From positions 1-64,000 of the forward strand of contig CAVXVG010000005.1 in NCBI GenBank assembly GCA_963765145.1: a DNA stretch of 64,000 nt, in the 5' to 3' direction. This DNA comes from Parachlamydiales bacterium. GTDB lineage: Bacteria; Chlamydiota; Chlamydiia; Chlamydiales; JAJFMK01. The position numbers and the translations under genes are program-made. Under the pieces are notes generated by a model. It was not told the origin of the DNA. It made no database searches and saw only the letters and a list, made by a program, of their open reading frames with translations. This document shows, piece by piece, positions 18,471 to 27,134 of this stretch (within the stretch, counting starts at the first letter, position 1; each line of letters opens with the position of its first letter).

Positions 18471-19342
18471 TTGATCCAGATGAGCACTGCCGTTAATAGG
18501 CAAAGTGCTGAAATCTCAGATTTTCTAAGTTCTTCTTTTAAAATGAAATACCCTCCTAATGATGCAATCAATGGGGTGCAGTTCAGAATAGGCCATGTTA
18601 AATAGGAATGTGGCTGCCCAAGCGCAAGGAGAAAAGCCCCTTGGGTGAACAGGAAGGCAAATGTCCGAAGAAGGGTCATCGGAATATTCATTGTCGCCAT
18701 CACCTCGGCCATCCAAAGAGCCGGGTGTTTGGCTTTGAACAGAAGGGGAATGAACGAATAGACCACCCGGCAGCCTAAGATGGCATTGTTTAGCAGCCAA
18801 AACGCCTCAACAGTTTGTATGCCTCCGTCTTTTGGCAAAAAGACAAACACGACGGCTTGAAAGTTGATGGCAAAAGCGATGGTGATCAGCGAGATCCAAG
18901 GAATATGTTTGAAAAAGTTGCCATTGCGGATAAACAGGGGGCAAAAGGCAAGAAGGGAGGCAGCGTAAAAAAGATATTCCCTCTCACTCCAGGCTCCAGT
19001 GATCGGCAGCAAACAAAGAGGAATCAATACCTCTCCAATTTTTGACAGGATCATCACCCGTGTGATTTCCATATGCTTAAAAGCAAAGGAAAAACTATAG
19101 GAGGCCAGCTGTATGGCTAAAGCAAAAATCCAAGGTCCCGGCTGCAAAAAGAGGTCGAGAAAGTTTTGCACCGGAAAAAAGATGAGCGAAATGACCAGGC
19201 AAAGGATAAAGGGGAGGGTGACATTGAAAAGGGCGTTGAGGAACAAATCTTTTGTTTTCATTCCTAAAAGGTAGCGGTCGATAAGGTTGACACCCCCTCT
19301 GCAGAATGCAGAAAAGAGGGCAACCCAAAGCATGGGATCCAT
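18467..19342 (-). CDS. Multi-pass membrane protein, EamA/DMT-like
   Basis: About 10 hydrophobic segments in two halves; P.IASL.GYFILKE motif at the C-terminus. Confidence 0.75.
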   Translation of the reverse strand: MDPMLWVALFSAFCRGGVNLIDRYLLGMKTKDLFLNALFNVTLPFILCLVISLIFFPVQNFLDLFLQPGPWIFALAIQLASYSFSFAFKHMEITRVMILSKIGEVLIPLCLLPITGAWSEREYLFYAASLLAFCPLFIRNGNFFKHIPWISLITIAFAINFQAVVFVFLPKDGGIQTVEAFWLLNNAILGCRVVYSFIPLLFKAKHPALWMAEVMATMNIPMTLLRTFAFLFTQGAFLLALGQPHSYLTWPILNCTPLIASLGGYFILKEELRKSEISALCLLTAVLIWIK

Positions 19343-19419
19343 AAGCGTCTATTATAAATTATATTCTCTATCTCATCCAGAGGATAGGGATTCCTCCATT
19401 TATAGCAAGCTCCACTTTT

Positions 19420-19479
19420 CCCCGTGCCCTCATTCTATTACCCACAAATTCAACCCTTGCCCGTGCCCTTGCCCGAAAA
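19420..19479. repeat. Family-E repeat (CCCTTGCCCGTGCCCTTGCCCG)
   Basis: 19451-19479 is the exact reverse complement of 27026-27054. Confidence 0.8.
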
Positions 19480-19556
19480 TGAAAAGGCCCGGCTCTTTTA
19501 AGTCGTAGCGTAGTTTGATATACTTAGGCCTTAACTGCGCTGAGGTAAATTAGAAA

Positions 19557-20498
19557 TTGTTGCTGTCTTGTGAAAATGTAGAATTGGTTTCCCCGTTCTT
19601 TGACAGAACGGAGTGTTTGACTTGCTATGAAGCTATCATTTATGCAGGCAAAACAATGAAAGTGATTGTTCCCGAATGTCCGCTTGCCTTGGGTTCTCTA
19701 AAAATTGTTCCTCATTCGCATGCTGAAAGTTTCTCTGAATGGAGTGACTTCAACGAACTAGAAACATACGAGCTTCTTCAAAAAATTGTTCGGATTTGGG
19801 AGAAGAAGGGGATCACTGACTACCTTATTTACGGGAAGGAATCGAATCATTCCAAGTCTATATTTAGCTGGGAAATTGTTCCGTATCCAAAGGATGGATG
19901 GAAATTTTGGAAGCAGTTCAAAGTCTTATGGAACATTGCTTTTGGAAGCCGGTGCTTACCTGAAGTTGAACGGCGTAGGATCGTTAAAGATTTTTTTCTC
20001 CAGCCCCTCACTAATCAAATTGAATCTATCACAAAAATTGCTCAAGGAAACGATGCATTTTGTAATCAAAAAGTTATCGACAAGCAACTAGTTTTTGAAG
20101 GGAAGGAAGTAAATGTCCTTTATGATTATGCCCCTATAGGAATTGGTGAAGAGAAGCTCCATTTCTTGATAGTCCCGAAGCTACACCGTTTAAAATTTTC
20201 TGATTTAACAGAAACAGAATATTTGGAAGCCATGCAGTTATCGCAAAAGTTGATCAGCTTTTACAAAGATAAAGGCTGTCACACTGCTTACCTTTTTGAT
20301 AAAACAGGTGCTGAGGCTGGGCAATCGGTGCCCCATTGGCACGAGCATCTCATCTTTGCAGCTACGAAAACCCAAGAACTTTTCGGTAAGTTGACTATTT
20401 TAAAAAATATGCTTATTGGCTCTTCTCCTCTTTCTGAAAAAGAACTTCAAGCTCGCGTTCAGTCATTGCAAAATGAACTGAAGGAAGCTTTAAGTTAG
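19557..20498 (+). CDS. HIT-family nucleotide hydrolase with tandem HIT-like domains
   Basis: C-terminal domain has DAFC...HFLIVPK.H...GQSVPHWHEHL triad; N-terminal half is similar but lacks the triad; TTG start. Confidence 0.85.
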   Translation: MLLSCENVELVSPFFDRTECLTCYEAIIYAGKTMKVIVPECPLALGSLKIVPHSHAESFSEWSDFNELETYELLQKIVRIWEKKGITDYLIYGKESNHSKSIFSWEIVPYPKDGWKFWKQFKVLWNIAFGSRCLPEVERRRIVKDFFLQPLTNQIESITKIAQGNDAFCNQKVIDKQLVFEGKEVNVLYDYAPIGIGEEKLHFLIVPKLHRLKFSDLTETEYLEAMQLSQKLISFYKDKGCHTAYLFDKTGAEAGQSVPHWHEHLIFAATKTQELFGKLTILKNMLIGSSPLSEKELQARVQSLQNELKEALS

Positions 20499-20542
20499 TA
20501 AGAGCGTGGCCCTAAGCTACGTTTTTAGATAAACAAGGAAAA

Positions 20543-20592
20543 ATTCGAACTAAAAAAAACGCACTTCGTGCGTTTTATCATGAGCAGGCCCT
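20543..20592 (+). repeat. Direct repeat, left copy (50 bp, hairpin core; second copy 22298..22347)
   Basis: ATTCGAAC.AAAA.AAACGCAC(TTC/GAA)GTGCGTTTTATCA.GAGCAGGC.CT. Confidence 0.9.
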
Positions 20593-22062
20593 TTAGGACT
20601 TGAACCGTTCTTCTACCTGTTCCTTATAGGTGTCGCCGGCCTCAATTTTTTTCAAGACCGGAAGGTTTCTGATCAGTGAGTCTTCCTCAAGCAGGGTCTG
20701 GATGAATGCTTCCCTTTCTTCGTCTGTTTTAAGAGAGGAAAAATGGTTGTTTAACCAGGTGACAGCGCGGTCTACCAGGGTGGGCGCTTGGAAGTAATCT
20801 GCCGTCGCAATGATGTCGATCGCGTTGTTTACATCTGTAAATTCCAAAAAGGGATCAGCAAGATATCTAAGAAGATCTAGGACAGCATCGGCAGAGACGT
20901 CTTGTAGAGGCAATGCTTGCATAGTTCCCGAAAAATAGGTAGAAAAATAATTTGAATTGTCGGCAAGCAGTTTTTGATCAGCGCCAAAAAGGGAGGCTAT
21001 CTCTGTTTCCCCTTCCAATGTGCACTCAATTGTTCGCTCTTCTTTCGTCAGCTCGTCCCAGGTGATCTCTTTTGAACCATTGAGAAGTGCTAATGCCATT
21101 GCGGGAGACAATACAGCCTCTTTTCCTTCATTCGCAATTATTAGCAACTTCCATTCATCTGCTCCTGTTTTTGACCATTGATGGAGGGCTTTAGCGATCA
21201 ACAGCCTGGGATCTTTCACCTCTTTTTCGTCCAAATCTCGGGCAGCAACTTTGAACAGCTCCAGCGTAGCCCTTGGAGACAGCTTGAATAAGGAGTTTTG
21301 AGGTGGATTGAAGCCTTTATCTAATTCTGGGAACAGCTCTTTCGTAGCTCTTGGAGACAACTCGGACAAGATGTCTTGAGGTGGGTTGAAACCTTTATCT
21401 AATTGATCTAATAAGGATGCTAGTTGGACGATGTGGCGAGCATGATCGCGATTTCTGACATTCTTCAATTGAGAGTTAGCAGCTTTCAGTACATCATTCC
21501 TTTGTTCCTTGGGAATGCCTAGAATTGCGTCTATAATATAAGATATGTGTTCACGGCTATTCTTAAAGTCAAAATAGGGAGCCGTCATCGTAAGAACAGA
21601 CGCGAGTTCATCCTCAGGTATTTTTTCCAGAAGCAAATATTCCATATAATGAGACGCTACTTGTTGAGCTATAAGGCTCATACAAACCCTATTTGCAGCC
21701 AGTACGACTTCTTTGTTTAAACTAGTTTCGGGGATTCGCAATAAACACCTCCTCAAAATTGAAGCATGATAAAAGTCTTGAAAAGGCAGGCCAAGCGAGT
21801 TCATGAATATTTTCATGGAGACGCCTTCAACGTTGGTTTTTCCAGCCTCTTCCTCAGAATTACGATTAAAAACAATCTCTCCTATTGTTCTTAAAAAACT
21901 CTGTGGGAGGGGCTGAGGGATATTGACCTCATTGCTGTTGGGAGTGATGACTGCGCTAGATAATGCCTTGATGCGTGTTAGAAGATCCCCTTCTCCTCTC
22001 AAATAGGAAGTAGGATTATGAATGAATTGCTGGATGTTTGGATTGGAAAAATCAATCGTCAT
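20593..22062 (-). CDS. BTB/POZ domain protein, candidate secreted effector (probable start MTIDFS)
   Basis: C-terminal LLADNSNYFSTYFSG..Q..LQDVS....DLLRYL.....N..II..ADYFQ...L...A..WL matches the BTB consensus; GGAGGTG RBS. Confidence 0.8.
   Translation of the reverse strand: MTIDFSNPNIQQFIHNPTSYLRGEGDLLTRIKALSSAVITPNSNEVNIPQPLPQSFLRTIGEIVFNRNSEEEAGKTNVEGVSMKIFMNSLGLPFQDFYHASILRRCLLRIPETSLNKEVVLAANRVCMSLIAQQVASHYMEYLLLEKIPEDELASVLTMTAPYFDFKNSREHISYIIDAILGIPKEQRNDVLKAANSQLKNVRNRDHARHIVQLASLLDQLDKGFNPPQDILSELSPRATKELFPELDKGFNPPQNSLFKLSPRATLELFKVAARDLDEKEVKDPRLLIAKALHQWSKTGADEWKLLIIANEGKEAVLSPAMALALLNGSKEITWDELTKEERTIECTLEGETEIASLFGADQKLLADNSNYFSTYFSGTMQALPLQDVSADAVLDLLRYLADPFLEFTDVNNAIDIIATADYFQAPTLVDRAVTWLNNHFSSLKTDEEREAFIQTLLEEDSLIRNLPVLKKIEAGDTYKEQVEERFKS
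21253..21404. repeat. 78-bp in-frame tandem duplication within the BTB gene
   Basis: Encodes LDKGFNPPQ..L..LSPRAT.ELF twice. Confidence 0.9.
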
Positions 22063-22297
22063 GATCACCTCCACGGTCATCATCCTAAAAGTAGTTCCTT
22101 TCTATTAAGAGGGTATTGATCCACTATTTAAAGTGTATAAAGGCGGTATAGCCCATCAATATAGCTTTAAACTTTCAATAGGTTGTAAATAAGATAGTTA
22201 CATTCTAAAGGAAGCCGGCCAGGCGATTATAAGCCACTGCCAAAAGCCCCTCCCTGACCGGAAGTTGCGAAGCAACGATGAGAAGATGCAGAGAAAG

Positions 22298-22361
22298 ATT
22301 CGAACCAAAAGAAACGCACGAAGTGCGTTTTATCAGGAGCAGGCACTCCAAACGCGCTGCG
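22298..22361 (+). repeat. Direct repeat, right copy, fused to an orphan family-A right end (CACTCCAAACGCGCTGCG)
   Basis: Matches 20543..20592. Confidence 0.85.
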
Positions 22362-22451
22362 GAGTAAAAAGGGTTGGGTTTTGAGGAGTGGTCATTTAAT
22401 TTTTGCTTTCACTTCTTAGAAAAGGGGGAGGGGGGATAGAATGGATGGCCT

Positions 22452-24434
22452 ATGGAAAACTTGACCCTTGATTTAAAGAAACAACTAGAAGAAATAGCGA
22501 AAACGATCCGTCACCTCTCCATCGACGCAGTGGAAGCGGCAAATTCCGGCCATCCGGGCCTTCCGCTAGGTTGCGCAGAGATAGGCGCTTATTTGTATGG
22601 AAATCTTTTAAAACATAATCCCAAAAATTCTAAATGGATGAACAGAGACCGCTTCATCTTGTCTGCGGGGCATGGGTCGATGTTGCTTTACAGCGTTCTT
22701 CATTTGGCAGGGTTCGACCTTTCTTTAGACGAGATCAAAAAGTTTCGACAATTAGGTTCTCATACACCAGGCCACCCTGAATCGTTTGAAACAGATGGTG
22801 TTGAGACAACGACTGGTCCTTTAGGTCAAGGGATTGGGAATGCTGTTGGTCAAGCCCTTGGACTAAAGCTTTTGGGCGCACAGTTCAACACACCAGAATT
22901 TAAAGTATTTGATGCCAAAGTTTATACCTTGGTAGGCGACGGTTGCATCATGGAGGGGATCTCGTCTGAAGTTTCTTCTTTAGCAGGTCACCTTTGCCTT
23001 GATAACTTGGTTGTGATTTACGATGCCAATAAAGTCTCTTTAGATGGCCCTTTAAGCGATTCTTGCTCCGAAAATACAGCCGAGCGATATAAAGCTTATG
23101 GTTGGGATGTGTATGAAGTGGATGGTCATGAACTCGATGACCTTCACCAAACTTTTTCAAAGGCTTTGAAAGACCAAAAGCGGCCTATCATTATCATTGC
23201 AAAGACGACTATCGGAAAAGGATCTCCCAATAGAGCAGGTACTTTTAAAATACATGGCTCTCCTCTTGGAAAAGAAGAAACATTGTTGACAAAAGCTGCT
23301 TTGGGAATAAATGGGGAACCATTTTTTGTCCCACCTTCAGTCACATCGTTTTTCGATCAAAAACTCAAAAACGATCGCCAAAAAGAAACTGAGTGGAAAG
23401 ATAAATTTGAAGTGTGGTCAAAAGCTCATCCTGAATTGCGGAAGAAATTTGATCAAATGGCGCAAAAAAAGCTTCCGGACAACATGATCGAATTGTTGAA
23501 GCAAGTTCCGTTTCCTGCTGCTATTTCGACACGTAAAGGGTCGCAAGAATTGTTGCAGGTCATAGGCAAGGAACTTCCCTTCGTCTACGGAGGTTCTGCC
23601 GACCTTTCAGGTTCTGACATGACCTGGATGAAAGTTTTCCCTGCAGTGACTAAAGACCATTTTGAAGGAAGAAACATCAAATTTGGTGTCAGAGAGTTTG
23701 GAATGGCAGCGATGGCTTCCGGGCTTTACGAAACAGGGATGATCATCCCGTTTGTAGGGACTTTCTTGACCTTCTCAGACTACATGAGAAACGCGATCCG
23801 TCTGGCCAGTTTGATGAAGCTGCGAGTCGTCTACCACTTTACCCACGATTCGATCTTCTTGGGAGAAGACGGGCCGACTCACCAACCGATTGAACAACTC
23901 GCTTCGTTGCGGACGATTCCGAACCTCCATCTGTTCCGCCCCGCCGACCCCAATGAATTAATTGCGGCTTGGGTCTCTGCTTTAACTTATCAAGGGCCAA
24001 CAGCTTTTGCCCTGTCCCGCCAAAATCTGCCAATTTTACAACACTCTTCCATTGAAGGGGCTCTTAAAGGGGGCTATGTCCTTAAAAAAGAAGAAAACGG
24101 GCATGCCTTTACTTTGATTGCAACAGGTTCAGAGGTTTCATTAGCACTTGAGACTGCTCAACTGTTGGAATCAAAAGGGAAAGGGACACGCGTTGTCTCG
24201 CTACCTTGCTGGCAACTGTTTGATGGGCAAAGCAAGAGCTATCAAGATGAAGTGTTAGGAAAGGCAAAAAGGGTCAGTATTGAAGCCGGAACCACTTTTG
24301 GTTGGGCCCATTTCATCGGACTCGATGGTGTTGCCATAGGGATCGACCACTTCGGAGCCTCTGCGCCAGACAAAGAGTTAGCGAAAGCTTTCGGATTTAC
24401 CAAAGAAGCCATTACCGATAGGTTGTTAAAATGA
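22452..24434 (+). CDS. tkt: Transketolase
   Basis: SGHPG, DRFILSAGHGSMLLY, TTGPLGQG, GDGCIMEG, GEDGPTHQP. Confidence 0.98.
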   Translation: MENLTLDLKKQLEEIAKTIRHLSIDAVEAANSGHPGLPLGCAEIGAYLYGNLLKHNPKNSKWMNRDRFILSAGHGSMLLYSVLHLAGFDLSLDEIKKFRQLGSHTPGHPESFETDGVETTTGPLGQGIGNAVGQALGLKLLGAQFNTPEFKVFDAKVYTLVGDGCIMEGISSEVSSLAGHLCLDNLVVIYDANKVSLDGPLSDSCSENTAERYKAYGWDVYEVDGHELDDLHQTFSKALKDQKRPIIIIAKTTIGKGSPNRAGTFKIHGSPLGKEETLLTKAALGINGEPFFVPPSVTSFFDQKLKNDRQKETEWKDKFEVWSKAHPELRKKFDQMAQKKLPDNMIELLKQVPFPAAISTRKGSQELLQVIGKELPFVYGGSADLSGSDMTWMKVFPAVTKDHFEGRNIKFGVREFGMAAMASGLYETGMIIPFVGTFLTFSDYMRNAIRLASLMKLRVVYHFTHDSIFLGEDGPTHQPIEQLASLRTIPNLHLFRPADPNELIAAWVSALTYQGPTAFALSRQNLPILQHSSIEGALKGGYVLKKEENGHAFTLIATGSEVSLALETAQLLESKGKGTRVVSLPCWQLFDGQSKSYQDEVLGKAKRVSIEAGTTFGWAHFIGLDGVAIGIDHFGASAPDKELAKAFGFTKEAITDRLLK

Positions 24435-25438
24435 AACCTTCTCCTCTCTTACAAGCCCTTTATGGCGAACGGACAGGCAGACCGCCTGTTTGGTTCATGC
24501 GTCAGGCGGGACGTGCATTGCCTCCCTTTCGTAAACTAAGAGAGGAGCACTCGTTTTTAGAAATTTGCCACGATCCTGCCCTTGCCGCTGCTGTCACATT
24601 GATGCCGGAACAGCTCGGTGTGGATGCCTTGGTCATATTTTCTGATATTTTAATTCCTTTAGAAACTTATGGGGTTGGGTTGTCTTATCCTGAAGGGGTG
24701 GGCCCAAGGATTGAACATCCTATCGAGCGTACCGGCGGAGTGGATGACCTTTTTCCTCTCAACTTAGAAGCGCTCTCTTTCCTTCCTGAGGCTATCAGAC
24801 GGGTGAAGCACGAAAGCCCGTTGCCGGTCATCGGTTTTGCAGGCGGTCCTTTTACACTGGCCTCTTACCTTATTGAAGGTGGACATGTAGGGGAATTGAA
24901 AAAAACCAAATGTTTCATGTTGGACGACCCGCGTGCTTTTGCCGCTTTGATGGAACGGCTCACACGAGACACGATCCGCTATTTAAAGATCCAGTTTGAT
25001 GCAGGGGCCGATGCTCTTCAAATATTTGAAACATGGGCTTCACACCTTTCACCTTATCAGATGAATCAACATGTGATTCCCCATTTGCGCCTCATCGTCG
25101 AAGAGGTCAAACGGTGGCAGGTACCTTTATTGCTCTTTGCGCGGGGACACCATTATCCTGCGCTTGGCAAGTTGGAACCGACCGGCTTGAGCATCGATCA
25201 CACTGTAGATTTACAAAAAGTGAGAGATATGTTCCCCCACATGGTTTTGCAAGGGAATTTAGACCCTGCTGCACTATTGTCGCCGCATGGACTAAAAGGG
25301 GAAGTTGAACGTATTTTGAACGAGAGAGAAGGGGATAGGGCCTTCATATTTAATTTGGGGCATGGGGTGTTACCAGAAACGCCAGTTGCTTCACTGCAAG
25401 AGGTGATTCGTCTTGTCAAATCTGCTCACGGATCTTAA
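24431..25438 (+). CDS. hemE: Uroporphyrinogen decarboxylase
   Basis: PVWFMRQAGR, FSDIL, IGFAGGPFTLASY, QGNLDP, IFNLGHG. Confidence 0.97.
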   Translation: MKPSPLLQALYGERTGRPPVWFMRQAGRALPPFRKLREEHSFLEICHDPALAAAVTLMPEQLGVDALVIFSDILIPLETYGVGLSYPEGVGPRIEHPIERTGGVDDLFPLNLEALSFLPEAIRRVKHESPLPVIGFAGGPFTLASYLIEGGHVGELKKTKCFMLDDPRAFAALMERLTRDTIRYLKIQFDAGADALQIFETWASHLSPYQMNQHVIPHLRLIVEEVKRWQVPLLLFARGHHYPALGKLEPTGLSIDHTVDLQKVRDMFPHMVLQGNLDPAALLSPHGLKGEVERILNEREGDRAFIFNLGHGVLPETPVASLQEVIRLVKSAHGS

Positions 25439-26768
25439 GGTTTATGACAAACCGCTTCCACGGTATACAAGCTATCCTACAGCGCCTCTGTGGTATTCCC
25501 TTGCCGAAGCAGATTATGTAGAACATCTGTCCCGCATCGAGGGGCAGTCGGTCAGCGTCTACATCCATGTCCCCTTTTGCCATTCGATGTGTCTCTATTG
25601 CGGCTGTTCAGTGGTGCTCAACAGAAAACGGGAAAATGAAGAGCGGTATGTCGCAGCATTGCAAAAAGAAATACGCCTTCTCCCTTTCAAGAAGAAAGAG
25701 GTGACGCAGCTTCACTTTGGGGGAGGGACTCCCACAAAATTGACTGTAGAAGATTTTCAGGCACTTTTCGAAACATTGCAAGAACGGTTTGTCTTTTCTA
25801 AGAATGCAGAAATTGCCATTGAAATTGACCCCAGGACCGTTTTTGGCGATGGGGGAGAAAAGTTAAGAGGCTTGAAGCGAGTCGGTTTTAACCGTGTTAG
25901 CTTTGGCGTGCAAGATACCGATCAACAGGTCCAAGAAGCGGTTAAACGTCGGCAAACAAGGGAAATGACAGAAGAAACTTTCCACAAAGCGCGTGAAATT
26001 GGTTTTGAGGGGGGCATTAACATCGACCTGATCTATGGATTGCCTTATCAGACCGAACAGACGTTTAGGCAAACGGCAGAAGAGATTGTCACCTTAGGGC
26101 CCGATCGGATTGCCCTGTTTTCCTATGCTAAAGTCCCTTGGTTAAAAGCCCACCAAAAAGCGATTAAAGATGAAACCTTACCTACAACGGAAGAGAAATT
26201 TCACCTTTATATTGCTGCTAGAGAAACATTTTTGGCGGCAGGCTATGTGGCTTTGGGGATGGACCATTTTGCAAAAAAGGGAGATTCGCTCTCTTTAGGG
26301 ATTGCCAATGGGACGTTGGGACGTAATTTTCAAGGTTATACGGTGAAAGCTTCTCCGTTATTAATTCCTCTTGGTCTTACGGCTGTCGGCGATTTAGGCT
26401 CCGGCTATTTCCAAAACGAAAAAGAATTAGACGATTATTATGGGGCGCTGGAACAAAACAGACTGCCGATTCATCGAGGAATGATTTTGAAGCCGGAAGA
26501 TCAATTGAGAAGGTATGTGATTCACACCTTGATGTGCCGTTTCAAACTGGATAAAAAGGAATTCGAATTGCTTTATCATGAGCAGTTTGATGTCCACTTT
26601 GCAAAAGAGGTGCAGGTGCTTCAACCTTTTATCGATAATGGCTTTGTGATCGACACATCAAACGAGCTACAGATCGTTGCCAACGGGCAGTTATTTGTCA
26701 GAAATATTGTGTCTGTTTTCGACGAATACCTCCCTTCCCAAAAACACCATTTTTCCAAAGCTGTCTAG
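25413..26768 (+). CDS. hemN: Oxygen-independent coproporphyrinogen III oxidase
   Basis: PRYTSYPTA, radical SAM CHSMCLYCGC, GGGTP, GMDHF, RNFQGY. Confidence 0.96.
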   Translation: MSNLLTDLKVYDKPLPRYTSYPTAPLWYSLAEADYVEHLSRIEGQSVSVYIHVPFCHSMCLYCGCSVVLNRKRENEERYVAALQKEIRLLPFKKKEVTQLHFGGGTPTKLTVEDFQALFETLQERFVFSKNAEIAIEIDPRTVFGDGGEKLRGLKRVGFNRVSFGVQDTDQQVQEAVKRRQTREMTEETFHKAREIGFEGGINIDLIYGLPYQTEQTFRQTAEEIVTLGPDRIALFSYAKVPWLKAHQKAIKDETLPTTEEKFHLYIAARETFLAAGYVALGMDHFAKKGDSLSLGIANGTLGRNFQGYTVKASPLLIPLGLTAVGDLGSGYFQNEKELDDYYGALEQNRLPIHRGMILKPEDQLRRYVIHTLMCRFKLDKKEFELLYHEQFDVHFAKEVQVLQPFIDNGFVIDTSNELQIVANGQLFVRNIVSVFDEYLPSQKHHFSKAV

Positions 26769-26772
26769 TGGC

Positions 26773-26935
26773 AAAAGCATCCTAAAAATTAACAGGGTGA
26801 ACAGGATGAACAGGATAAGCTCCGCCTATAAAAAGCAGTTCCTTTTGTAGACATAAATGAAAAGAGTGGACTTCGCCTATAAAAGCGCTCTATAAAGCTA
26901 GGCGGAGCTTATCCTGTTCACCCTGTTAATTTTAT
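26773..26935. repeat. Family-D palindrome downstream of hemN
   Basis: AATTAACAGGGTGAACAGGATGAACAGGATAAGCTCCGCCTA / TAGGCGGAGCTTATCCTGTTCACCCTGTTAATT. Confidence 0.9.
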
Positions 26936-26967
26936 ATTATAACCAAAAAACCTTAGGTTGCGGCGTA

Positions 26968-27054
26968 TGCCCGTGCCCGATTTTTTACCAAAAAGGTTTT
27001 AGGCAAAGGGGTAAGGGGAAGGTTTTTTTCGGGCAAGGGCACGGGCAAGGGTTG
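26968..27054. repeat. Family-E palindrome
   Basis: TGCCCGTGCCCGA ... TCGGGCAAGGGCACGGGCA. Confidence 0.8.
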
Positions 27055-27071
27055 TTTCTTCTTGAAGAGAG

Positions 27072-27134
27072 ATGTGGAGATGGCTACGATGAAGTGTTGA
27101 AGTGAGGGTAGAATGAAACGTTCGTTATTGGCTT
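27072..27134 (+). repeat. Direct repeat, left copy: relic of the upstream region and first codons of the TPR gene (second copy 29010..29072)
   Basis: ATGTGGAG.TGGCTACGATGA...TTGA.GTGA...ATGAAACGTTCGTTATTGGCTT present at both sites. Confidence 0.92.

Noticed and set aside
22205..22295. Structured GC-rich stretch upstream of tkt resembling SRP RNA or a riboswitch
   Set aside because: Has hairpins (CCGGCCAGG/CCTGACCGG, GTTGCGAAGCAAC) but lacks the SRP CAGG-GGAA-AGCAG core or any aptamer I can recognise; an Rfam scan would be needed
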